This document shows positions 1 through 14,711 of a stretch of DNA of 64,000 nucleotides, piece by piece. This stretch comes from Mizuhopecten yessoensis. Its lineage: Eukaryota. Under the pieces are notes generated by a model, which did no database searches, had not been told where the DNA came from, and was given only the letters and a program-made list of their open reading frames with translations. Within the stretch, counting starts at the first letter, position 1. Each line of letters starts with the position of its first letter. The stretch lies in NCBI RefSeq assembly GCF_002113885.1, contig NW_018408896.1, positions 124,001 through 188,000 on the forward strand, written 5' to 3'. Position numbers and translations under genes: made by a program.

Positions 1-2321
1 CTTTTCAGCAATAAGGTGTTTGTTTGTGTGTTTTGGTATTTCTCATTGTAATGAAGCATGGATTAGTGGAACCCCCCATGCCTACTCTGTCTCTTCTGAA
101 TAATAATTCTTGTTTATTGTTTTGAAGGCTGTTTGTTTGAACTACAAATGCTAAAAACTGATAGCTTGATACTGCACAGATGCTATCGATACTGTACCTG
201 GCAAGTTTCTCGAAGGGTCGTTTACTTAAAACTATAGATACAATGCAGGTTGAAAATTCCCTTTTGACGTAAACTTTTTATCGGAGGAATTGTAAGCGTT
301 ATTGATTAACACAGTAGGACATGAAGATAACATACCCGACAGTATTATAGCATTCGTGAGTCCAACGAAATGGATATAGTGTGCGAAAACCGCAAACATT
401 TTGTTACAACAAATGCACAGCTGGACTGAGAAAATGTATTTTATGGACATTTTAAAGTTGCATGGCACCCATAGTCTTCCATACATAAGTACTGATACGT
501 CAAACGAACACCGACCTCGTCAGTGAGTGTAGATGTAAACTCTTCCACCAACCAACCATACTTGCTGAGGACGACGCCATACCACACTAATCATCATGGC
601 AGCTATACCGGAACAGACGTTACTCAGTGGGTACCAGGTACCTTGTGTTGGTCTTGGTACCTGGAAGGTAGGATGTTGGTGAAATGGAGTATTAGTGATT
701 TTTGGTATTAACAGTTCATTTAACAGACATGGGTATGTCCATCATATATCTATATAGTCCTATTTTCACTCCTTTCAACATGACTAACTATATATATGCA
801 CGTATGTTTTACGTATGTTTTTTATTCGTTGATTTAACTAACAAATGTAACAGATATAGGTCATGTGTTACGCTTTGACGCATCATAATAAATATTGCTG
901 GTAAACGATAACGACCTCTGCCGATACATCCCGACCACGCTGTCAGAGACCTAGTGTAACTTAACCTCGTAGCTAGATTGTCTTATGTTAAATGGGTAAA
1001 ATTGGAGGTTCGCCATTGGGGTTATATTTTATGTGGAAAAACATTGCTTTTCAGCAATAAGGTGTTTGTTTGTGTGTTTTGGTATTTCTCATTGTAATGA
1101 AGCATGGATTAGTGGAACCCCCCATGCCTACTCTGTCTCTTCTGAATAATAATTCTTGTTTATTGTTTTGAAGGCTGTTTGTTTGAACTACAAATGCTAA
1201 AAACTGATAGCTTGATACTGCACAGATGCTATCGATACTGTACCTGGCAAGTTTCTCGAAGGGTCGTTTACTTAAAACTATAGATACAATGCAGGTTGAA
1301 AATTCCCTTTTGACGTAAACTTTTTATCGGAGGAATTGTAAGCGTTATTGATTAACACAGTAGGACATGAAGATAACATACCCGACAGTATTATAGCATT
1401 CGTGAGTCCAACGAAATGGATATAGTGTGCGAAAACCGCAAACATTTTGTTACAACAAATGCACAGCTGGACTGAGAAAATGTATTTTATGGACATTTTA
1501 AAGTTGCATGGCACCCATAGTCTTCCATACATAAGTACTGATACGTCAAACGAACACCGACCTCGTCAGTGAGTGTAGATGTAAACTCTTCCACCAACCA
1601 ACCATACTTGCTGAGGACGACGCCATACCACACTAATCATCATGGCAGCTATACCGGAACAGACGTTACTCAGTGGGTACCAGGTACCTTGTGTTGGTCT
1701 TGGTACCTGGAAGGTAGGATGTTGGTGAAATGGAGTATTAGTGATTTTTGGTATTAACAGTTCATTTAACAGACATGGGTATGTCCATCATATATCTATA
1801 TAGTCCTATTTTCACTCCTTTCAACATGACTAACTATATATATGCACGTATGTTTTACGTATGTTTTTTATTCGTTGATTTAACTAACAAATGTAACAGA
1901 TATAGGTCATGTGTTACGCTTTGACGCATCATAATAAATATTGCTGGTAAACGATAACGACCTCTGCCGATACATCCCGACCACGCTGTCAGAGACCTAG
2001 TGTAACTTAACCTCGTAGCTAGATTGTCTTATGTTAAATGGGTAAAATTGGAGGTTCGCCATTGGGGTTATATTTTATGTGGAAAAACATTGCTTTTCAG
2101 CAATAAGGTGTTTGTTTGTGTGTTTTGCTATTTCTCATTGTAATGAAGCATGGAGTAGTGGAACCCCCCATGCCTACTCTGTCTCTTCTGAATAATAATT
2201 CTTGTTTATTGTTTTGAAGGCTGTTTGTTTGAACTACAAATGCTAAAAACTGATAGCTTGATACTGCACAGATGCTACCGATGCTGTACCTGGCAAGACT
2301 CGAAGGGTCGTTTACTTAAAA
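1..2321. repeat. 1046-bp tandem duplication (>=2.2 units, open at the window's left edge); each full unit contains the AKR gene 1 upstream region, exon 1 and the start of intron 1
   Basis: 1-1046 and 1047-2092 look identical (ORFs 232/1278 and 523/1569 repeat at +1046). A third partial copy at 2093-~2321 has a few SNPs/indels and ends at TTTACTTAAAA. Confidence 0.95.
596..667 (+). CDS. Extra copy of AKR gene 1 coding exon 1 ([24 protein letters not shown])
   Basis: ATG at 596, 72 nt, AAG|GTAGGA donor; identical to 1642-1713. Confidence 0.8.
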
Positions 2322-5300
2322 ACATCTTGAAAACTTCCATGGGGATAGTATCGATGGAGATATATATATTTTTACCTGAGACTTTTCCTTTATCCCAAAT
2401 ATGTTTTCCAAAAGAACAAAAATTAAGATATTTCCCTAAGGAAAAGAACATACGAAAAACTGGGGCCACGGCTGATGCAGTTAATTTGGCCAATATCCAC
2501 GGTAGAGTATTGAGTAATTCTTACCGTTTTATTTATGATTTGTATTTAGGTAAGTAATCATTACATATTTCACGCAAATTTCAATGCCAAAGACCTAATT
2601 TATAATCTCCTTATAGGACAATATCTCCAACCTTTTACAACACTTGTTCAACAAATTCGTTAAACATCTTATTCAATGAGGCCTTCGCATTAGATTGACT
2701 TTATTCAAAGTTGCAGTATTTCAACCAAAGGATTATTGGTTAATTTGAAACCTAACACATTCAACTTCTTCCACGTAAAAGGCATTTCTATACGTAAATG
2801 ATAATATCTCGAGCGGTCTGATGATCCTTTTTTCATGTTATATCCACTGCATCGTTATCAATTTCATTAGTTTTATAAACAAATTACATAACCCAGTAAT
2901 ATTGGACTGTTTTATAAAATGGAAACATTGTCACGTCATCAAAGTTTGGTAGTAAATGGTACATACTCGATCTGGTTATTTACAATTTCCACTTTAAATT
3001 TTAAATTTGCACAAAATGTATCATGTTATTAATCAAGTCGTTTAATGTATGTTCGGTAAATAAATACCTCTTCCTGTCACGTTACTTTAGTACAGTTTAT
3101 GTCTTGCTAAGATAAGAGGAAGGTGAGCATTAAGACCATTGACCTTAGATCAGACAGATTGCTTACACTATCAAAATCAGGAATTATTTAAAGGGACATC
3201 ACGTAAAGAGCCATTTTTTTAATGAATGTATTATTGTATCCACTTCCACTTACGTTACCTCGCTATCCCAATATTCATAGTCCGTTCCAAATGTCCAGTT
3301 TGACCACTTGAATTGTTCGGGAAAACCCTGCTAAAAATAGCGCCGATAACGTCACCTGACTAGGCAGAAAACACAAGTGGTGTGAGCGACATGAAACGGT
3401 TTCCAAAGGGGCCCCCAGAGAGGGGCCGTTAGGCAACTGCAACTTCTTACCGCACTATGAGTAATATGATATCTAAGTCCGTATTCAAACTTATTGAACA
3501 ATAATTTTTCATCATCAGAAGTTAATTGCACACTTGCCAATACTTGGAATTTAAGTTTATTTAGCTTTAAACATATATTTGTTGCCAATTAAATTGAACA
3601 AGGGATGGGGCACAAGATTTTACAATTTATCACAGCCTTCTCCCGTCATACATTTACAATTAAGTGTCAACAGTGATAATAGGACTAAACAAAAAGTATA
3701 TACATATAAATATATATTGAATTTAGTTCTGGAATGTGACCGGTACAGATCGTACGGGGCTAAACACCTTCCCTCAACCATGGGACAAATCTTTCTGTAA
3801 AAAGGAATATTGACGAGACGAATATCCCTTTTCAAATGTTTACAATAAAGTGCATATATGCAATGACAAACTGCACGCGTATAAAAAAGAGAAACGTTTG
3901 TGAATTTATGTATAACATTGTACAACTCAATGTCATTGGCCAATATTTTTTTCTAGACCATGCATATACATGCATGTATACTCTCTTTCCCACTTTCACT
4001 GTCTCCATACGCTAACACTTAGTAAGTCATATTAGCCATCACACACAATAAACTGTATGGCAAAACCACTACGTGTACATGTACAATATGTGTCAGATAT
4101 GGAAGTGTTGAGATGTTGATAATTATATTTTTTCAATTCTTTACAGAGATTAAAGCATACATGTAAATGGACCTTTTTTATGTTGAGACAACTTTTCTTT
4201 AATCAGTTGCTTTTGTGCGAAACAGAAGCCGTAGTTGTCGGCAGCACGCGCCATTTTTACAACGTAATAAAATATGTTTTCCCCTTTTTTCAATACGTAT
4301 TCCGATTCTACCCGAAGTCGAAAATTAATTCTTTTTAGAGAAAAGGTTGTTACATGATCATGCATTCTAAGTCAATCTCATATGAAAACATGAACTGTTG
4401 AAAAATTACGATTTAAAAAAAAATATTATGCGATCCTATTTACTAGAAGTAGGTTCTCCTTCCTCAGTTATTCATCCTGGTCCGTCATTTTGACATTTTA
4501 AATCTAGCTGCGATAACGTAGCTTTCTGACGAAGAGCGATTTTTTTATATATATTGTGACGTCGCGCCAGAGGAGGCCGGGTATTCATATTAGTACTAAT
4601 TTAAATCTTGCATGTTAAAAAAAGCACAAAAAACGTTTAATTCAGCAATATATAATTAAACCATTCCATTTTACTGATCCCGGTAATATTATAAATTATG
4701 TAAATCTAATAGCGCACGTATCTCATTTGACCCCGAGTACCGACAGAGGGCAGAACAGAATACGTCGTGGCCATCACAACAGTTATCCCTTGGAGGGCCT
4801 CATGGCAAAATCAAACTAACCAGTCACTTATCCCTGCCTTTCGCATAAACCACTGTATAATTATAGAAACACAAAGTAAACTCTCTTCGATACATGCCCA
4901 TTAACATATTAAACTAAGTTCATCTGTGTTCAAACTCACTCAATGATACTACTACTAGCGTGGTTAATAGTTTTAGATATGTATTCATAACATAAACAGC
5001 GCTAGCATTTCTGTCGATTTCATTTCAGCTTAACCGGTAATCCGGAAGAATACATGCACCGTACTAACTGCTAGGGCAGTTATTTTCTGCTTTGAATACT
5101 TCCCACTGGCAATAATGATTCCGTAACGTACCCCTTGCGCTATCTTTTGCCCATTTGGCAACTTTTCGCTTCGTAGCTGAAACGGTACAACACTTTTCTT
5201 TCGCTTACTTCACACGGCCAGTCATTTTGTTTACAAAGAAATTATGTGCAATGCGCATGCGCTAGTAGAGGGAAATCCCTGAACAAAACGTTGGTCAGAC

Positions 5301-8300
5301 AGGTAGAAATTCCGATGATTATCTTAGATTTAATCATTTTATGAATCTATTTCAGCCAGATCCGATCGTTATTTTCCATAAGGAGTCTCACTTGATATGT
5401 TTATGTTGAATCCATATCTACAAAGGTCATTCATTAGTTTGAACATCATATTACTGATAAGATTGGAACCATTGACCGAGAGATTAATAATTATTTAGAA
5501 TTTTATATTGATTTTGTCCGTCTTTAAGTTCATTTTAGTTAATTTGCATCTTTGATTCAGGAGCAAATAGCTGATAAAATTACCACATTTACTTATATCT
5601 GCCATAGTTCTTAGTGCTAAAGAAAAGATGAACCTCTTTGTTGAAATCCATGTTTACCTTGGTTATTAACACTTCGGGGGAATTTCTGGATCTTCATTGA
5701 GATTTCTGCACAAGGGCGTAGTTCGTTGACGTCAAACTGTTGCACTATTTGATTTAACGAAACACACACACACTTGAGGAGCTTTGAGAGAGATGAGTGC
5801 CGTATCTAGCATATAACACACTGACTGTTTTGCTGTTTGTTTGGGGATTCAAGCCCTCTTAACAGCCAGGGTCATATGAGGACGGGCGTCTAGGGAATCA
5901 CCACGAGAATGAAAAAGTAAATGGGAGAGAAAGTAGACAGGAAAGACAGTTACAAAAACTATTGTGTTGCAATGGGATTACTATATCAAATTAAATCTCT
6001 TCCATGTCCTATTTGTGGAAGACACGAATGAAAACCACCGTTATGCTTATTTATTCTCCGAACCTGCACAGGTTAAGGAGATGCAGCATCTCAAGGTTAC
6101 TGTAAGGGGAGATATCCTCCGTACTGTTTCTTTGACACTTATTACCAGGATTACAACATCCTTTAATTATTTATTTGTCCAACATATCCCAGTTTGAATT
6201 GCGATGGGAAGTATCCGCCTGGGATGTAATTACCCCTGAATATACAGTGGTTTTAAGTATCGCATGCTCCATTGTTCTTTGCTATGTCATCTGTGTTCAC
6301 AAAACTCATTTCCTTTAACAATGTAGCCTCCTTATTTAAGTGCCATCCGCTTTTTGTTACACTAGTCATATTGTTGAGATCAAATATGTTCTGTTGAAAT
6401 TTCATGCCTAGATAATGGGACAGGTACAACTTCTGTGTTCATCAAACAATTAATGTTAAAGTTTGATGAGCATGGGGCAAACATAACTCGATGTTCATCT
6501 AAAAAATTATATGTTTAAGTCGGATGCAATGTCCAATGATACCTGAGCTATAATTATAAATAATTTCAAAAACTATTTGGCCATTGATATCATTTTTTTA
6601 TTTGATTTATAGGATTTAATGTCCTATTAAAAATCTGCGGTAATTCAATGACTTCCTTAGTGTAGGTAGTAAAATTGATGATAAGAGGACCTGCCTCCAT
6701 ATGTGAAATGCAATCATACATGTGTGTATGTATGCTAGAAAGAGGCGATTTGTTGGTGTATGTACCTCCTTGCTTGCGATTACAGACTTTAAGGAGCTAC
6801 CTCATTGAAAAACATGCCGGTGGTTCCCTGCATATCATGTGTGCTAGAGGCGATTTGTTGGTGTGTTTAACTCCTTGCTTGCGATATCAGTGATCTGATA
6901 CGGACGTTAAGGAGCTATCTCACTGAAAAACCATGCCGGTGGTTGGAATTCCCTGCATATCATTCCACTCTGTCACGTAAGATAGAAATAAGTACATTTA
7001 TCACTAGATTTTTAATTCTAGACTCAGTGTATCATAACCTTTTCAACATTTCATGGACATTGATTCCCCATTAACTTACCTTCCTACTTTCAGTCAAAGC
7101 CTGGAGAAGTAGCGGCAGCTGTGAAGACCGCAATAGGGCTGGGATACCGGCATTTCGATTGTGCGCTTATCTATGGAAATGAAAAGGAGATAGGAGAGGC
7201 AATTAAAGACGTTATTGGTACCGGAACCGTCAAACGTGAGGACTTGTTCATCACAACAAAAGTATGTTTTATTCTTTGTAAATTAATTAATCGTCAAAAT
7301 TGTTATTTGTAATATGTGGATTTTACCAAAACGATGATTTGATTTTACTAACACTTAACCAGATGTTGTTTTCATTTTTCACTCATACAACGATATCCGT
7401 GTATTCTACTATTAATTCTCTTAGTTACGATAATAATATTTTAGACATTGTTTTCGGCTAATGTTTGGTATTAGTTAGCATTACCATCATACAGGTCTTA
7501 TTATTATGAATCTGATATGACCATACATAAAAACTGTACAGATGTATGGAACACTGTTCTATGTTTGCGATTCCTGTCCTAATGGAACATAACATTTCCA
7601 TGTGATTATTTTATTACTATAAGGAAAATGTTTTTAGATCTGCTTTTGCTTGTACTGTAAATTAAATTAATAGTTCGGCAAATTGAAAATGAACTGATCA
7701 CATACACAGTGAGGCAGGAAACATAAATTCCACTAGACCTACCTACCTGCTTTTAATTGCTTTACTTTTAGATGGGATGGGTGGGGGGTGGGGGGATTTT
7801 TTTTAATCATAATTCACTCGCTGCATATTGCTAAACATTTTTACAATTTTCGGAAAAAAAATTCTACGGTACAAAAAACCCCACTCATTCACAAATTATT
7901 TTTATTAAGAAATAATGAAAATGGTTTCACATTTCAAAAGAAACTTCAACGTCATTTCAGCTATGGAACACCTATCACAGCAAGGCCCGAGTACTGGAGG
8001 GGTGTAAGGAGTCCCTGACAAACCTCGGTCTGGACTACGTGGATCTGTACCTCATACACTGGCCAATGTCTATGAGGGTAGGTCTCAACAAATATCTAAG
8101 TGAAGGAACGTATTGCTTACACAATAATCCATCGCATAATTTTCTGTTTTGGAATGAAAACGCTGTGGTGCTCATTTATGATCGATGAGCTGTTATCTAT
8201 AAAGCCTCTTAATATACTGATATTAAATAATTGGTTTTGTCCAAACCTTCGATATGAATACAATTTCCCAACAGATAATATTAATTATCAGTTATAATGA

Positions 8301-11300
8301 ACAGTATTTGCATATACATATCTATTTACTTTTGTTGTCCCCCTTTTCAACTTTATCATTACCTTTGTTTGCCGGTCTCATAGTAGCTGTATTACTGTAT
8401 AGCGGTTGTATTTCGCGGGGTTTTAATTTCGCTATATTAGCGGTTTGGCTAATATCCGCGAATTCTAAACACCAGCGAAATTATCAAAAATGTTTACCAC
8501 TTTTACGGACCTTATCACAACATGTTAAAATTACTTATAACCCAACGCTGTTATGCAAGCGTAAATGAACTCAAATCAGATTATTACCGGACAACAGGGC
8601 AGTCCTTGTAAAAACAACACTTACATATAAGCGGCCACAAAATATTTTTGTGTACACGGTAGGTGATTACTTGATTACAGTTTACTCCTACAAAGTTACG
8701 TCGAGTGAAGTCCCTGGTGGATGGCGACGCTCTGGATCAGTGTTGGCAAACGGTTTACCTGTAATTCGAGGTTTAACCCTTAAATGAAGACACTAAAATA
8801 CTTTGCACGACAAATGGGATTCGGGTGCATAGCGAAATTGACCACCGCGAATATGTACTGAATACGAAACCGCGAAATATTGACCCCGCGAATTTAAAGC
8901 ACTTAGCAGTAGTTGAGTTTATTGCTTTGGATTTGCTTTTCTTTAAATCGTTACGTTTGCATAACTCTCTATTGTAACACATTCTGTGCATGTTACTATC
9001 TATGATCATTTCACTCATTTTTAAACGAGATGTTCTAGTTAATGCCTGAGAAACATAACGGTTCATGTGTTATACAAGTAATAAGGTTTTGTTACACCAT
9101 ATTCATTACAATCACAAAAAAAATGTGAAATTATTTCAGGAAAATGTCGAGTTGATCCCAGCAGCTCCTGATGGCAGGGCTGATATCATCGATATAGACT
9201 TTACTGAAACATGGACAGTGAGTACATCTTAAAAAAATATTTCTAAATATAGACATTAATCACCTGGTTACTATCATTCAGTTGATACACTCGTGTCAAA
9301 TTGTGTTCATATGAATACATGTAATATGACATATTGTGACAGCATCAAATGGTATTGAAATAGTGTAGTATGACGTCACGAGGGAAACAACAGACAAAGA
9401 GAAAAGATGTCGGATCTTTAAATTTCAAAAATGACATGGAAAGCTTGATTTTCATTGTATTCTAATGTAAAATATTTGGATCATGCAATAAGTAATCGTT
9501 ATTTTTTTAGAGTTCAAATAAGATAAATGAAACCAATTGAAGAATTTTGAATTTTTGCTTGCAAGTGCTAGCTTAAATGAACAATTTTAGACTAGTTTCA
9601 TCAATTTCATTTGGATTGGTAACGCAGTCAAACATCGTATATATTGGTCATAAACAGTTTGTGGTTCTTATATTGTCCAGGTTTAGACTATGCGTATTGT
9701 TGGATTGATATGATAAAATAGTTTATGATTTATGGGAATCTATTTGTTATCTAATGACAAAACAGTATGACATACATGTGTCGTAACACGTTTACAGCAA
9801 TACCATGTGAGTTGTCGGTATCTCTTCATACTGACATTTTTTGCTCAGAAAAAATGTGACATTATTAAGAGGTTGGTTAAGTTGGTTTTCACTGGGGATT
9901 AACGTTCGCGTTATAGCCAGGGTCATGAAAAGGGTGAGTAGTTAGTAAGAACAGGGAAAAACTATCCCTAATGTTTCAATTGGAGGCGGGGGGCGACCTA
10001 AAAATCTTGGTCTTTTCAATGTCCATTTCATACGATAAACATGCAATGGATTACAGCCGGGCTAACCTGTTTTTTTAAAAAGTTAAGGGGATAAAGTTGT
10101 AAATTAAAGAAAATGTAAATAAAAAAGGGGGAAGGAATGGCATTAATAAACAAATCTAAAAAGCAAAATGGCATACAAAGGTAGAAATGCTTTTAATGGT
10201 TAGCTTCATTACATTGATGTTCCTTTTGTGACAGGCCATGCAGGATTTGGTTGACCAGGGCATGTGTCGATCCATAGGTGTATCCAACTTCAATTCTAAA
10301 CAGATCCAGAGGATTTTAGATCTTGGTTTGAAACATCCATTGACTTGTAACCAGGTAAATACATTTAGAAACTGTACGTTCTTCAGCTTTGATAAAAAAA
10401 AAAACACCTCTTTTTGGCATCAAACGAAGAAATATGTCAATGTACATAGTAATTAAACGAATATTTCCTTAACTCTTTAATAATTCCACATCTGCGTTTT
10501 GGTGTTTTATACTGTAACACGTTTTTGATATACTAAAATTACTTCAATTCCAGATCGAAATATCTCCCTATAATTCGAATGAAAAGTTGCTGCAGTTCTG
10601 TAAATCCAAAGGAATTTCGGTAGTGGCGTATTCCCCGCTGGGTTCAGGTGACTGCCCATGGTAAGTTTCTCTCAATAAATACGAGAAATGGATAGTGTGT
10701 ACCCAATGACGACTTCAGATAAACAAAGGCTTACTTACGTGTTTTAGCATATATCATAATGCCATGAAATTATTATATAGTTTTTGATGAAAATTTCAAA
10801 CGCTCAAAATGTTGTATATTTAAATGGATGTACAGCAATAAATTAACATAGTTTATGATTGATCCTAGTATATTTCTTTTTGACTATTAAGGCGAAAACC
10901 CGACGATCCAAAATTACTAGAAGAGTCGGAGATAGTGAGGATAGCAAACCAATACAATAAATCACCTGGACAGGTTAGTATTGATTAAGTAGCTATATAT
11001 GGGCATACACAAAATTGTCACATTGTAGCAGAGGCACAAATATCCGTTTAAACAACAACTTAGAAAGAAATGTCTCACGGACAAATTCGGCTAACTAATA
11101 ATTGTAATATTTCATATTTACTTATCCATAATTACTCATCACACACTTAACCAAATAATAAAAAAAAACATTATTTTAAGGAAGATAACACGCAATGTTA
11201 TCTGTTTATATGTACAGTCAGAAACTTATTGTGAAATAAACCCCAAGTTATCTCCCTTGAACTAGTAATGTATTTAGACATGCTTGTTGATATTAACAGA

Positions 11301-13336
11301 TGCTATTTCATTAACTATTTTTCACCCATCTATTGTTTAAATACTTTTGATAACACAACAAAATAGATTGAAATTGAACTGCGTTACACGGTGTAGATGA
11401 AATAGTAGCCTTTTAGAATATAAAATATAAACTAATTTTTCAAATATTACGTTTATTTGTATTGTTTAAACTAAGGTTCTACTTCGATGGGGAATACAAA
11501 GAGGATATATCATCATACCGAAAAGCGTCTCTGCAGCCAGACAGAAACAAAACTTTGAAGTATGTATAACTTTTATTTCAATGTCGCCTAAAATGTCAGT
11601 TTTTTTAATGTATATACAAATACAAAATTACAAAAATAATATCAAAACCTTATCTGAAAACGATATCTCACTTACAAAATGTCCAAGTAAACATGCATTA
11701 TACCAGGTTTGTAAGGTTGAAGAATGAATATATTAAATACATATTTGTTGATAAAACGAATTACAATAAGCCTGGTTACAATTATGGAATCAAATACATA
11801 TTGATTTATTCATTCTTTTTAATTTGAATACAATGCGTTAATGAAAACAACTCTATTTGAAATGTAACAACATTACGCAATACAGCTAATACTATTGCGG
11901 TAGTGTTATTACATTTAGCGATGAACTCATAATGAAGCCAAGAGTAAATATATGTATCAAGAAATATAACAGAAATAAATATCGAAACAGCGAAAAGATA
12001 TGAAAGTAAACATAGCATGTACATTCAGAGCGTTCTAATTGTGTAATTTAGTTTTCTATTCAAAATTTTTAAAGTAGATATCAACATATTCCGCGGGAAA
12101 ACGACGCACATTTAGGTTAGGTTGACTATTCTATAAATGCACCTTCTAACAGTTTAAAGAAGTTAATTCCCTCGTTTGTGATCAATGTTAATTATAACAA
12201 TAAAAAATAAGGCGTGGCTTCTGGTTAAAAAACCTTTTGTATTATCGTCCTATGATTACTGAGTCTGAAAGGTGAAAAGAAGTCACAAGATGCTACATAG
12301 TATAATCTGTCTATCATACAAGTATCATCATACTGACAAACACGGTGCTTCCAAACATTGCCTTTTTAAATCATAATTTGATTTTTTAGTTATAATGAAA
12401 TATTAAAAAGCTCGGATCATGATAGAAACTACCGAATTAGTCTTATAAAAATCATATTTAATTATATCAGTTAAAATACAATGATTTATTTTTCTTTTAC
12501 AGATTTTTGACTTTGAACTTAAGGAGGACGAAATGAAAATTATATATGAGATTAATCGGAATTTCCGTTTGTGTACCTGGACCGGAGCAGTTCCTGAGTA
12601 TGACGCCTTATTCTTTAGTATTCTAAACTGGGAAGCTATTACATCCTTAAATAACATCTGATCAAACTATATTTTAACAAAAGTATTTTATGTTTGATAT
12701 GTTATGTACATTATTTACTTAACATTTAATTTCAACAACATCTTGAATTTTTGTCCATTTATCTGTAGTTAAGTTTAGAAAAATATATTTCATGATCTCT
12801 CTGTATACAATGTATGGATTATGGAAAGACCAAACCGTTAAAGGTTTTTATTTGGTAAATGTTTTACACTGTGCTATTAAAAACAACCAAATCAAATCAA
12901 TTTGCCTCCTAATATACTAATCTGTACGATTCAAAACTCCAAAACTCATAATGAGATTCATATCTACTTCTACTTGTGTACGCTTGAATATAACACGCAG
13001 GGCAAAATTAGTCGAGGCCTGATACATGTAACCTTGTTGACATATGCTTTTATAAGCAAAAAATAATAGTAAAGAAAAGTACATGCGTCAAAATTTGATA
13101 CACGCATCTGAGGACAAGAAACAAACAATTAATTATTTATAATTATCAGTATTTGCTGTCCACGGGTCAATCCGGCTTTAAACATCCGGTTTCTGATAAT
13201 GATAACAAATAAAAAGACTAAATACATAATATATTAATTATACTTTTCATACACGAAACATTAAACTTAACTCGTTTTTGTGTTTCTTTTCAGTGCATCT
13301 CACAGCCCATACTATCCTTTCCATGAGGAGTTTTAG
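1642..13336 (+). CDS. AKR1B1-like: Aldo-keto reductase family 1 (aldose reductase-like), gene 1, 10 exons, 321 aa
   Basis: Exons 1642-1713, 7094-7261, 7961-8077, 9140-9217, 10235-10354, 10554-10660, 10892-10973, 11476-11559, 12503-12597, 13294-13336. All GT-AG, 966 nt in frame. Motifs [58 protein letters not shown]. Confidence 0.93.
6612..6965 (-). mobile_element. Degenerate dispersed SINE-like repeat with an internal tandem duplication of ~110 bp
   Basis: Shares AGGACCTGCCTCC...TGTGTGTATG...CCTCCTTG..GCG..TCTGAT blocks with 16245-16500, 17970-18200 and 36215-36460. GAGGCGATTTGTTGGTG...CCCTGCATATCAT occurs twice. Confidence 0.55.
8393..8911. mobile_element. Tc1/mariner-type non-autonomous element (MITE) in gene 1 intron 3
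   Basis: Ends TA-CTGTATAGCGG..TTTCGCGGGG and CCCCGCGAATTT..TAGCAG-TA form imperfect TIRs with TA flanks; repeated subterminal CGCGAA motifs. Confidence 0.65.
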
Positions 13337-13941
13337 TAACAGAGGCTCAGCGGCAGCAGTCATGAAAATAATTTACCGAAAAATAAAGGTTACTGTCGTT
13401 TACATTTCTGGTTTTCTTTATACATATTTATTTATGTGTTTTTTATTTCAGTATTTATAGTAGATTCAATTATGACTCCCTATGGCAATACTACGTAACC
13501 CCGTTGCATTGTGTCTAATCTTGACTGATCTCCCCTTATTTGTATTTTCGATCAACTGTTGTTTGACAGAGCCAATTGACTAGTGTTGCCAAGATGACAG
13601 TTGGCTAGGCGACTGTCTCGATTTTGGAAGTCTAGGAAACTGTCTTGTTGCACAAAAAAAACATTGTTATTGATATATTACTTGTTTCAGGAAAGAGGGA
13701 AATCTGCAATATCTAGTTTCCTTTTCACATTTATTTAGACAAAAGTTCTACGAAAAGTATCTCCTTGTAGAATGTATTTATTTTCAGGAAAAGGAAATAA
13801 ATTTAAAAATTAAGAGTATGTTTACAGTTTTTGACGGTAGTACGGGGATGTAACCGTCAAAATGGTATATTGATACAGTTTCTGTATAGCGCCATGATAA
13901 AGTAAGTAAACACGACTTTCTGTTCTGTTGTATAAACTTAT

Positions 13942-14038
13942 TTAACCCTTTCATCACTTTAGACCATAATGGACTCATCCCAATAAATGCATGGTATACG
14001 TAGAGTCTACTAAAGTTATCTACGGGTGAAAAGGTTAA
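13942..14038. mobile_element. Very short piggyBac-like MITE
   Basis: TTAA-CCCTTTCATC ... GGTGAAAAGG-TTAA: imperfect TIRs with TTAA at both ends, 97 bp. Confidence 0.55.
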
Positions 14039-14711
14039 GGTAAATTGGAACAGGAAGGGAGAGTGTAGGGGTAGTTTAGTACAGCATGACCATAATTATG
14101 TAGACTTAAAGTCGACAATTATCTAACTTTGTATTGATGTTTTAAAAAAGAATATCATATAAGTTTGAAATATTTTATAAGAAAACTTTTTTTTTTAAAT
14201 TTAACAAAACTTGTGTCTCTTAAACATTAACTAAAGTGTCACTTTAATTAGTTTTGATTTATTTTTTTAATGATGAAAATATTAGAGTCAATTAATAAGT
14301 CCAGAGACAAAAGCTTATATTAAAGTGACGTAAATCTGTGCTGAAGTGAGTTTTTCCTTCAGGGTGCGATACTTGATTTAGATATATATCAAGTATATAT
14401 AGGACCATAATTAATACGTAAATATTCCTAACCATTTTTATCAATTAAACCATTCTGTAGCAGTAATTTAACTTTTCCTCTCAAATGCAAGTATCGTACT
14501 ATTTGTCATCCTTTCTTGATTATCATCAGAAACTACCATTTGCTATAAAGTAAATTATATATTTTTTAAATCAATCATTCGTTTCTTAATATTTCTCTTA
14601 AAATTTATTTTTCTTTTAAATTCTTTAATGTTATTCTATATGAAATATTTAATACAAATGTTTATCCATCTGCTTATAAAAGTTGTTGCTTGTCATGAGC
14701 AAAATAAAAGG

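Noticed and set aside
232-1757. Repeated 84-aa and 62-aa ORFs as small genes
   Set aside because: They repeat only because of the 1046-bp duplication and show no recognisable motifs; the 62-aa ORF overlaps exon 1 out of frame.
4725-4812. Minus-strand resemblance to LSU rRNA (AGGGATAACTG..TTGTG..GGCCA)
   Set aside because: The match is short and gapped, and the segment is better explained as a degenerate palindromic repeat.
1714-7093. Hidden gene in the long intron 1 of gene 1
   Set aside because: Only short, compositionally unconvincing ORFs and degenerate repeat fragments; I could not build a spliced model.
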